In this document: piece after piece, positions 37,784-48,800 of the stretch
Numbering within the stretch: the stretch's first letter is position 1
Layout: every line of letters starts with the position of its first letter
DNA from: Octopus vulgaris
Lineage: Eukaryota
Length of the DNA: 64,000 nucleotides
Assembly: GCA_951406725.2 (NCBI GenBank)
Contig: OX597833.1
Location: forward strand, 71,300,001 to 71,364,000
Reading direction: 5' to 3'
Notes under the pieces: generated by a model
Told to the model about the DNA's origin: nothing
Seen by the model: only the letters and a program-made list of their open reading frames with translations
Database searches by the model: none
Program-made: the position numbers and the translations under genes

Positions 37784-38022
37784 TATTCGAAGAAATGAGG
37801 TACTCAGAAATCTGGATGGTTTTATATTTACAGATATTTATTAGTAAGTTATGTGTTTTTATAAATCATATATTAGCGCTTGCGTCCACTCTAGTAGATT
37901 TGACAAATCTGCTAGAGTGGACGCAAGCGCTAATATATGATTTATAAAAACACATAACTTACTAATAAATATCTGTAAATATAAAACCATCCAGATTTCT
38001 GAGTACCTCATTTCTTCTAATA
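37784..38022. repeat. 239-bp near-perfect palindrome
   Basis: 119-bp arms around a single central A (37903), with two mismatches. The ORF track shows the same peptide on both strands. Confidence 0.95.
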
Positions 38023-38278
38023 TGAAATACCTGTACATCATCTCCAAACCTTCTAATATATATATATATAATATATTCATTAGAGGCAAGTATGCATTAA
38101 TAATGTTACTCATTTCTTAATGTACACTTAGGTGAGATTTTAACATCGACAATTATGAATAATAGTTATAAAGATGTGTTTGTGTACACAGCATGTACAA
38201 ATTTCTCATGGCTAGAGACTGCACAATTTGAGAGGAGTTATCTCCCTTATGTCAATCTACACCAGACCCACTACAGCT

Positions 38279-38293
38279 CCAGTAGGGGGCAGC
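38279..38293 (+). promoter_or_regulatory. CTCF-like site
   Basis: CCAGTAGGGGGCAGC matches the CTCF core consensus CCASYAGRKGGCRS at every position and lies in a GC-richer unique island. Confidence 0.5.
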
Positions 38294-39439
38294 AGTATCC
38301 ATGACCTTTGTAAGCCTGCTTCCCCCACCCACAGGTGAGGGCGAGGCAGCTGGTGGCTGACGCCCAGGCTGGGGCATCTGAGATTTTATGTCTTTGGGGG
38401 AAAAGAAGCAGGAACGTAACTGGAGGATTAGATGTCAGTAATAATACCTATTTCTTTACTACCCATAAGGGGCTAAACAAAGAGAGGACAGACAAACGGA
38501 TTAAGTTTATATCGACCCCAGTGTGTAACTGGTACTTAATTCATTGGCCCCAAAAGGATGAAAGACAAAGTCGACCATGGCGGAATTTGAACTCAGAACG
38601 TAGCGGCAGTGAAAATACCAAAGGTTCACTACATTCAGGTGTTCACCTGTTTGTTACCATATTTCTACTGAAATAAAACTTTCTTCGTTTCAATTAATTT
38701 TGAAGATAATGAAGAGTTTGGAAAAATAATTTTTGCTGTTATTAAATTGGTGTTTAGAATAAAAACTGACACAAAACGTTGATGGAAGGTTTTAATTCGG
38801 ATCACATAAAAACTAGAAGTTTATTATATTGTAGGCCCAGGGATTGGCTCAGGTGGACTGATAGCAAAAGGGCTCAACAGGCAACCGTGATCAGCCCAAG
38901 GATGCGGTAAATTTTCCATATAACATTTTATTTATTCCCATTTTCAGTCTTAAATCGGAGACAGAACACAAGAGGAGCGGGCGAGGGTGGAGATCCATAG
39001 TTAATTGCAATGAATCAATTATTGGATTTTTTTCTTTTGATTTTACAAAATACAAAATGGATCAAGAAACGAAATGAATAATGAGGCATCTGTATGTCAC
39101 TGGATTAAAGCCTCCACAACACTTTAGCCACTCTCTCGGTCACTATTGTATCCCTGACATGTGTGCATATACATACATATTATGTATATAAACACAAACA
39201 CACATATTTATATGTATATATACACACAAGCTTCATCACAGTTTCCATCTATCAAATCCACTTACAAGGCTTTGGTTGGCCCAGGGTTATAGAAGAAGAC
39301 ACTTGGCCAAGGTGCTGCACTGTGGGACTGAACCAGAAACCAAGTGGCTGCAAACTGACCGTCTTAACCACACAGCCAGGCCTGTTCCCCCTCCTCCTAT
39401 ACACACAGGTGAATTCTGTACACAAGTACTTATTTGGTA

Positions 39440-39960
39440 TCATCATCATCATCATCATCATTTAGCGTCCGTTTTCCATGCTAGCATGGGTTGGACGGTT
39501 CTGCTGGGGTCTGTGAAGCCAGAAGGCTTCATCAGGCCCAGTCAAATCTGGCAGTGTTTCTACGGCTGGATGCCCTTCCTAACGCCAACCACTCCGTGAG
39601 TGTAGTGGGTGCTTTTTACGTGCCACCCGCACTGGTGCCAGCCAGAGCTGGCAAACGGCCACGAACGGATGGTGTTTTTTATGTGCCACCGGCACGAGGG
39701 CCAGGCGAGGCTGGCAACGAACACGAAACGGGGCGGTGCTGGCAACGGTCGCGAAACGGAAGGTTCTCTTACATGCCACCGGCACTGGTAACACATCTGC
39801 AATTTCCATTGATCGATTTCCATTGATCGATTTCGATTCTGATCCTCACTTGCCTCAATGGGTCTTCACAAGCAGAGTTTCGACATGCCACCGGCACTGG
39901 TAGCACATCCGCAATTTCCATTGATCGATTTCGATTCTGATCCTCACTTGCCTCAACACG
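39440..39960 (-). mobile_element. RTE 3' UTR fragment with an internal direct duplication
   Basis: (CAT)n tail and the RTE 3' box. The block acatgccaccggcactgg...cctcacttgcctcaa occurs twice (~39771 and ~39883). Confidence 0.75.
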
Positions 39961-41117
39961 TGGGTTTATATATACATACATCCAAAGAGACGTGTGTGTG
40001 TGTCAATTGAGGCATAACAACCCCTTGTCTATATAGTGCATCCCTAATTATGGGAAACGGAATCCCAGAAAAAAGAATCCCAAATGTACAATACACACTG
40101 TCTTTTGTTTAGGGTTCAGGTTAGGGTTTATGATGTAAGGTAATAAAAGAATACTTAGTCAGATTTATTATAATTGCTGTGTAAAATACATTGTAAAAGT
40201 TTGCACATCTTAAATATAACAAAAACTAAATTGAAAGGTGACCTTTGACCTTAACGAGTGAAAGCTGTAAAAGTGCATTTGCTACAAAGGTAACTTTGTG
40301 GAAATCATGCAATCATGCTTTTTATCTAAAAAAATCAATCAATCTACTTTCGATAATGACAGAGGATTTAAAAAAGTTTGTGTTCAGTTTTATTGTTCGG
40401 CTGAGAGAGGGATGTAGAAATGGCCAGGTTGGCAGGAGAACTAAGGATTGGGTTTTTTTTTTATTTAAAAACCCTGTTTTTCTTTATTAAATTAAAAAAA
40501 GGAACAAGTTTTGAACATCAGACGTTCAAGATCTGGTAATTATTTTTAATTAAATAGAAAAATAAAAAAAATTGATTAAAACATTTTTTTTTAATCAGAA
40601 TCTTAAACTGAAATAGTATATTAAATTTTTTAGAAAATGACAAAAATGCAAAACAAAACAAAAAAAGACCCCATTTTGAAACAAATTCTCCCAATATATA
40701 TATTTTTAAATAATTTCATGGGACATAAAATGTGACAATATATTTAACGTTCATTTATAGTAGGAATTTTTGTCTAGATTAAAAATAAATCATCATCATC
40801 ATTTGATGTCCGTTTTCCATGCTGGCATGGGTTGGATGGTTTGACAGAAGCTGGCAAGCCAGAGAGCTGCCCCAGCCTCTGATTGTCTGTTTTGGCCCTG
40901 GTTTCTACGGCTGGATGACCTTCCTAGCACCAACTACTCTACAGAGTGTTCTGGGTGCATTTCAGGTGGCACAAGCACCAGGGTCTTTTACATGGCACAG
41001 GTGTTGTTTAGATGGTGCCACCACCAGCACAGTGTTCCATTGCTATCTGTGACAATTTATTTTCTGATTATTTCATATTAACAATCGTTAGACAATCCTA
41101 CTTTATATAGCTGGTCA

Positions 41118-41481
41118 TCTCTATTTATATAAACGGCAAAATGTCTGTGTGCGTGTCCTTAATACAAATCCACAATTTTTCAGTTAGAGGGCTCGCACTT
41201 TCTATGGACATTCAAAACCATCCAAGGGTGGTCGTGCACATCTTTACATTTCCCCAGTCACCCCGCAAAGCCATTAAGAAATCAATAGAAGTGACTTTTT
41301 TGTGAATTTTTTATCCAAAACCCAATCAAAATGCCCAAAACTTGATACGCCAATTGAATGCCAGCTAGCTGTATGTGATTGGTTGGAGATTTGGACAGTA
41401 CTCTCGTGTATGTGCGCATGCACACAGCTGTATATGCATGCACTAGCACTGTGACCCGGCGTTGCCCAGTCATAGTGCTAG
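41118..41481 (+). mobile_element. Non-autonomous Helitron
   Basis: 5' end A|TCTCTATTTATATAAA, a 3' subterminal hairpin (41443-41481) and a CTAG|T end. It is inserted between A and T with no TSD. Confidence 0.7.
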
Positions 41482-42328
41482 TTAACCAATATAATCTCTA
41501 ATATAATCATAATTACGACATATATTCATCATCATCATCGTTGAACAGATCTCTGTGCAGAGTTTGTTGGGTGGGGATTAACACTACTGAGTCCATCCGT
41601 TCGTTTGTAGGATTTGTTTTGCATATCTTTTATCTTTTATTTATATCACTGATTGGACTGTGGCCAGGCTGGGGCACTGCCTTGAAGTAGATTAGTCGAA
41701 ATCAATCCTAGGACATTTTTTTTGAAGCCCAGCAGTGATTTCACTGGTCTTATGAGGAAATAAACAAACTAACATTGGTTGTCAAAGCAGTGGTGGGTGA
41801 CGAACACAAAGACACCCCCACCACTATACACACACACATATAGACACATAAACACACATATGCGAAGTCCCTTAATGTGAGTGTGACACTACTGGGCATC
41901 TTTCTGAATGAAACCTCAGCAACCATTGCTTTGCCGTGAGGACCAGAAAAATTCTTTTCTTAGAGTGATTAGGAGTTTTATATATATATATATATATAAT
42001 GCAGTCGTTCCTCATTCACAAAATTTCAGAAAAGGAGAGAATCTCTCTGGGTGGAATCGTCTCTCATCTCCATTTTCAGCAGATTGTCTCCCTTGCAAAG
42101 CAGACTCCAATGGGGAATGATTTATACATATACAGAAATATATACACACATCATACACACACACACACAGATTTATATACACATTTATACACACGGGTGT
42201 GTGTGTGTGTATACATAAACATTCATACATGTAGACACACACACTCAATGTAACATGTTAATGCTAGACATCAGTGTTCTTGTAACTGTCAATCCATTTT
42301 TAACTGTTCCATCCATTTCCTAGCTTAC

Positions 42329-42349
42329 CTTGGAAAAATGGATGTGAAC
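42329..42349 (-). other. Candidate 21-nt microexon in the zinc-finger leader
   Basis: The minus strand reads CTATTTTATACACAG|GTTCACATCCATTTTTCCAAG|GTAAGC, giving a CAG acceptor and an AAG|GTAAG donor 21 nt apart. Confidence 0.45.
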
Positions 42350-42853
42350 CTGTGTATAAAATAGTGTGTGTGTGTGTGTGTGAGTGTGTGAGTGTGTGAG
42401 TGTGTGTGTGTAAAAGACTGCATCACAAAAATAAACTAGATAACACAGACACACACACACACACGTAACACATTTGAAGAAATAGAAAATAATTAAGCTT
42501 ATAAAAAAACATGGAATAGAAACTAAAAAATACAGACAGAAAATATCAATAGTAATAATAATAATAATAATACTAATCAAGGAAATACTAATAAAGATAA
42601 GACTAGTGTTAATAATAAGCCTTTTGAAGAAGGGGAGAGAGAGAGAGAAAAAAGAAGAAAAAAAAAAAACTAGGTGTGATTAGAAGAAATGTTAGTGGAA
42701 GGGAAACTAGACTAATGTGTGAGAAAGTGAGAGGAGTGAGTGAGTGAAAGTGAAAGAAAGGCAGGTATAAAGGAGGAAGGTGAAGAAAGAAGGAAAAGAG
42801 AGAAGGCAGAGAGAGAGAGAGTCTGCAGGGAAAGGCGTGGATTGCCTACTCAC

Positions 42854-42988
42854 CGGAAGGGAAGCTGGCTAAATGCCAACCATACGTAAGATGCTTTTAA
42901 GTCGCACATCGGGTGGGGTATTCCCTTTTAAAATGGTTCCCTTCGAGGGGAACCATGTTTGTTGGTTTTTGGGACGACACGGCAGAAT
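42854..42988 (-). other. Candidate 135-nt non-coding leader exon
   Basis: Acceptor CCGTCCCTCTAG| after a long pyrimidine-rich region and donor CCG|GTGAGT. It is a unique, GC-richer island among simple repeats, with stops in all three frames. Confidence 0.55.
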
Positions 42989-43323
42989 CTAGAGGGACGG
43001 TCAGATATAGTCTTTCGTGTTGAATGGAATTGGAAAATGGTCGAGAGAGGAGCAGGAAAAAAAAAAAAAAAAAGAAACAGAGAAACGAAAAAAAGAAAAA
43101 GAAAAAAGAAAACGAAAATTAAAATAAAATAAAAAAATTACAATCAATAACATCAAGAATAAAACAACAATGCATAAATATACAAAAATCACTGGAAATA
43201 ATAATAATAACAATAACAATAATTACAAAAACAAAGTACATAAATATATAAAAATATCACAAAAAATGAAATCACAAAAAGGAAATTAAATGAGGAATAA
43301 CAAAGAATTTGTGTATATATACT

Positions 43324-43357
<34 letters not shown>

Positions 43358-44381
43358 CACACACATTTTATATACATACACACACACATGGAGCTGGTGA
43401 TTCATGCCTTTAATTCTCAAATGCTGCTCTACCCTGGTGTCTTCTCCCAAACTAAGATGGCTTAGGGTATGAACTACTGTGTGAAACTTATTGGTGACTG
43501 AGCGAATCCTCAGCCTCATACAAATTGAAAACTCAACATGAGGACTCTTACACTTGGAAAAACAACACACACAAACACACACACGCTCACATGTTTGCAC
43601 ATGTATGTACGGGTAATAATCCCCCTTAAAATCTGTTAGAATGAAGCCCTATAATTTAATCAGAGGACCTAATTTCACAGGGAGTCATATAGCACTGACG
43701 CTCAATGCATATTTCTTCATAACCCCTATGCTATGCTGGTCCTACAAGAATTAACATATGAGGGGACACTCTAGCTCAGTGGCAGAAAGACTCTGTGGAG
43801 CTGACTGCACAATAAAGTGTGCCCAGCCGATGCTGTAAAGGGACTGCTAAGAGGAAAGGCATCCAGCTGTAAATATCAGGATCAAACATCATCATTTAGC
43901 GTCCGCTTTCCATGCTAGCATGGGTTGGACGGTTCAACAGGGGACTGGGAAGCCAGGAGGCTGCATCAGGCCCAGTCTGATCTGGCAATGTTTCTGCAGC
44001 TGGATGCCCTTCCCTGCTGAATGGCTGTGGTTCAATAAGCGTAAGGGTCAATTGCTTAACTTATGTGTCAGGGAAGAATTGATAGAACATTGGACAGAAT
44101 GCTCTGCACCATTGAGTCATATCCCTTTATGTTCTGAGTTCAAATCCAATTAAAGTCAACTTAATTTTTTTCATTCTTCTGGGTTGATTTAATCTACTAC
44201 AGCTTGACCCAAAAACATATGCTCTTATGCCTATGTCAAAAATCAATAATAATTATTATTATCATTATTATTAGTGGTGATAGAATTGTTTGTGTGCTAG
44301 ACATAAAGTGAAAAAGGATATTAAACGTTTCATATATATATATATATATCTGTAAATGTAATATGTGACAATTATTTGGTA

Positions 44382-44451
44382 GCCAAGATAAAACTCTGAG
44401 TTTCGGATGCCGAGGTGGAAATCCACACCACCATCTCTTCAGTTATCCGGC
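44382..44451 (-). ncRNA. Minimal type I hammerhead ribozyme motif (Penelope-like)
   Basis: The minus strand reads GATAA-CTGAAGA-GATG[hairpin]CATC-C-GAAA-CTC-A-GAG-T-T-TTATC. The core and stems I, II and III are all present. Confidence 0.7.
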
Positions 44452-45066
44452 CTTCGGAAAACTTGGCTACTGAATAATTGTCACATATTATATTTACAGA
44501 TAAGTTTTTTTCCCTCTTCACCCCAAAAAAGAATGGCGAACGTTGAAATAATTTTCAAATATTTGAAAATTAATTAAAAACAGAAAAACAGAATTTGAGA
44601 AAAAAAAGGAAATGATAAACAGAAAAGTGACAAAGAAATAGAAGATATATTCACCAAGACACAGACAATCAGATTTTAAACATTTGCAAACGAAAACTTG
44701 CACATCTAACAAAAACTAACAAAAATATAAACAACAGCCATGAAAACTTGCAAAATCTTAACAAATGTACTGACAACAAGCCCTTTGCTGCAAAAGGAGG
44801 TTTTAGAGGAATAGGTTGAATCCAGCCCAAGAAAGAGGCATGGCAGTGGTATGTTACAAAAGGTGGTGCTTCCTTGCCTGAGGAATTTATAAAAAGTAAG
44901 GGGGGGAAAGCGAACTATTTATCCTTCATGAAGGTCCGAGTGAGTTTCCACATGCCTTCAAAGGAACAAAGAAAAGGGGCCTTAAATGTTATGTGGCATG
45001 ATATAAGGTCCATTGATGAATGTAGGGCAGAAGGAGAGGCAACATCAAAACTGAGAATGAAACAAT

Positions 45067-45293
45067 AAAGGAAACGATAAAAGAAAGGGGTCACAAAGGA
45101 GATGATAAAAGAAAGGGGTCACAAAGGAGACGATAAAAGACAGGGGTCACTAAGGAGACGATAAAAGACAGGGGTCACAAAGGAGACGATAAAAGACAGG
45201 GGTCACAAAGGGGATGATAAAAGATAAGGGTCACAAAGAGGACAATAAAAGGGTCACAAAGTAGATGATAAAAAAAAAACAGGGGTCACAAAG
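45067..45293 (+). repeat. 28-bp minisatellite, ~8 units (aaaggagacgataaaagacaggggtcac)
   Basis: Direct tandem units, degenerate at the 3' end. Confidence 0.9.
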
Positions 45294-46440
45294 ACAAAAT
45301 TTAGTTGGATGTTGACATTTTGTCATCACTTCTACATCACAGAACAGGTAGATAATGAATATTAAGGTGACATTAATCACATAAAGTCAGGTAGATGCCT
45401 GAACATGCAGATTGTGATGATGCTTCCCAAAGTCCACAGAATAATTCTGCAACTTTACTCCAGTACAGATGTGGAGAGTTATATCACGTGACAGTGAACC
45501 CAGTGGGATCAATTTGTTTAACTAAACCATTTTTCTTTTTACATATGGACCCCTTTGATTACTATTTTATTCTTGTGGACCCCCAATAGCCATGCAGTGT
45601 TCAAAAATTAGTTTTATGGCCACTTCTTTCAAAAGCCCTCATCTGTTTCCCTTGTGTGGGTTTGCAATGGAACTCTCTGAGACAACATGTTTCAGTGGCC
45701 AAAAACATGAACTCCCTAAAACACGAGACAAAGAAACTTAGTTGTTTAAATAGATACATCTAAAGCAAAATTTTCTCATCAGCCCCTACAATACTACCAT
45801 TGATCCCTAATTTACTGTTTTATCTATTTGGGCCCGTGAAAAAACCTTATAATGGACCTAACCCTAACCCCCACCAGGTTGAGAGCCACAGAACTAAACT
45901 CTAGAAGGTGGTGCCCCAGTATGGCCACAGTCCAATGACTGAAACAAGTAAAATGATAAAAACTTATTGTATGACAATCCTTTTCCTGGCCTTCCTTTTT
46001 ATAGGGCAATGAATGCACATCCTGGTTTCATGTGACTGTGTGTGTGCAATGCCTTCTGCTGCATTCATAAAAGAGGCCAGGGGACACAACAAAAGGGTTA
46101 TTATTATTATTATTGTTATTATTATTATTTGCATGTCCAAGTGGCCATAAACCAGGTCTTTGAATTCAGTAAAGATCTCCAGACACTGTGCTGGCATTAA
46201 TGTCTGTTAATTTCCTCCCAAGACTTCCTTTATTTGGCGATATTTCCATATTTCTTATGAATATATAAAGAGAGGGGGGGAAAAAAACAAACAAATCAAA
46301 TAATAATAAAAAAAAAGAAATAAAAATAGTTATCATCATGTAAATAAACGAGAAGAAATGGTTGTTTTTACTTGAATTAATTGTTTTACTGAGAGAATAA
46401 ATAAGAAAGACATTGTTGCAAGTGAGAGGTGCCAATGGAC

Positions 46441-46712
46441 TAACCAACCATCCAACCAGCCATCCAACCATTTAGCCAGCCAGCCAACCAACCAACCAAC
46501 CAGCCAGCCATCCAACCAACAAACCAACCATCCAACCCACCAACCAACCATCCAACCAACCATCCAGCCAGCCAGCCAACCATCCAACCAACCAACCAAC
46601 CAGCCAGCCATCCAACCAACCAGACAACCATCCAACCAACCAGTCAGCCAGCCAGCCAGCCATCCAACCAACCAACCATCCAACCAACCAGACAACCATC
46701 CAACCATCCAAC
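46441..46712. repeat. (CCAA/CCAG/CCAT)n tetranucleotide repeat
   Basis: Read directly from the sequence. Confidence 0.95.
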
Positions 46713-47283
46713 AAGAGTTTTCTGAGTTTAGGTTCAGTGCCAAGGAATATGATAAGTAATTCAAGAAATTCACTCTGGAATAAGGCATCACAGACGTTTG
46801 GTAACCTAATTATTGCAGGATGAGGTGGAGATCATGGTAATGCTGAAGAGGAGGCAGCAGAACTGCAGAAGAATGTATTTCAATGGCAAAGAAAGGATTC
46901 CGGAATAAGAGACGGAATATATTAGCAGAACTCTCTTCTGCAAGAGATGTTCTTCTTCTGAAGATTTATGGACTTGAATAATGGTTCAAGGAATTAGGAG
47001 GCATCTAATTTATGGAAAGATATCAAAAGATGAAAGAAGCACTCTTTCACTCGCTTCAAGGCTCTGGTTTCTTTTTGGACTGTGGCCCAGAATTTTGTGT
47101 CTGGTGCTATTTTATCGATCTTTATTTATTGATTGGCTAAGTTCATTTTGACATCGAGGGACTTAGTGACTAAATATGGCAATCATCAGAGGCCATCCCT
47201 AACCAATACACACACACACACACACATGTATACACACACCTATATACATTTTTATACACACCTATACAATATATATATATATT

Positions 47284-47329
<46 letters not shown>

Positions 47330-47689
47330 AAGCTAATTTTTTCCAACTCTAAGATTATTCTCTTTACTCTCTTCCGTCAGACAAACATAACAAGACAAGA
47401 AACAATAGACCTATAGTTATGTAGATATATGTATTAACACTGTTGCATTTTATGTCCACTTTTTCCATGCTGGCATGGGTTGGAGGAGCACTTATTCGTT
47501 CAATGTATCCTATGGCCAAATGCCTTTACAGATTTTTCCTCAGGATCATATTTTGATCATATTTTTACACATTGTAACTCTTCAACAGTGTTCATAATAT
47601 TTCTAGTTTGGTGATGTTTACCCAGTGTAAGCTATGGACACATAAGAGGTGCAGCAACATCAAAGGAAGGTTAACTGGGAAGATAGTTT

Positions 47690-48800
47690 TGGTGTGTGGC
47701 AGATGCACAGGTGCAATAAACACCTAAGATGTACAGAAAACAGATTCCATCACATGCCAGGGGCAAAAAACTAGAAGTAGTTGATAGCTTCTGTTACCTC
47801 AGTGACCAAATCAGTAGCAGGGGTGGATGATCTGAGAGCATAGCTGCTAGAATAAGAACAGCCTGAACAAAGTTCAGAAAGCTCCTATCTCTGTTGGTAA
47901 CAAAAGGCCTCTTGCTCAGAGTGAAAGGTAGATTGTATGATGCTTGTGTGTGAACAGCCATGCTACATGGCAGTGAAACATGGGCTGTGACTGCTGAGGA
48001 CATGCGTAGGCTTGTAAGAAATGAAGCTAGTATGCTTTGCTGGATGTGCAATGTCAGTGTGCATGCACGACAGAGTGTAAGTGTCTTGAAAGAAAAGTTG
48101 GGCATTAGAGGCTTCAGATGTGGTGCGCAAGAAAGACAACTGCACCAGTATGGTCGTGTGATGCATATGGATGAGGTCAGCTGTGTGGAGAAGTGTCATG
48201 TCCTAACAATGGAGGGAACCTGTGGACGAGGTAGACCCAGGAAAACATGGGATGAGATGGTGAAGCATGACCTTTGAATGTTGGATCTCATCAAGGCAAT
48301 GACAAGCGACCGAGACCTTTGAAGGAAGATATGCTGTGCTTGAGAAGACCCAGCAAACCAAGTGAGAGCATAGCCATGGCTGATGCCAGTGTCACATAAC
48401 TGACCCATTCAAAAGCACCTTTCAATCGTTGGCTGATGTGCCGCGCTTGTGAAGACCCGTTGACCCAAGTGAAATCAGCCGTGGCCGATGCCAGTGCCAC
48501 CTGACTGGCTCCTATGATGCCAGTGCCACCTGACTGGCTCCTATGCCAGTGGCATGTAAAAAGCAACATCGAGCATGGTGAATACCAGTGCCACCTGACT
48601 GGCTCCTGTGCCAGTGGCATGTAAAAGGCACTCACTACATTCTCAGAGTGGTTGGTGTTAGGAAGAGCATCCAGCTGTAGAAACCTTGCCAAATCAGACT
48701 GGGACCTGGGTCAGCCTCTTGGCTTGCCAGGCATCAATCAAACCGTCCAACCCATGCCAGCATGGAAAGCGTATGTTAAATGATGATGATGATGATGAGT
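47690..48800 (+). pseudogene. RTE-clade LINE, 5'-truncated, decayed reverse-transcriptase C-terminus plus 3' UTR
   Basis: Translates KLEVVDSFCYL..ARI..A*..F..L...KGRLY..CV*TAMLHGSETWAV...MLCWMC...GRGRPRKTWDEMVKHDL with in-frame stops, and ends in a (GAT)n tail. Confidence 0.9.

Noticed and set aside
40109-40130. TTAGGG-like units, also at ~45857
   Set aside because: Only 2-3 imperfect units, not an interstitial telomere.
45067-45293. CRISPR-like regular repeat
   Set aside because: Head-to-tail units with no unique spacers, no cas genes and a eukaryotic context.
46336-46791. Trp/Gly/Leu-rich membrane-like ORFs
   Set aside because: Translations of the tetranucleotide repeat.
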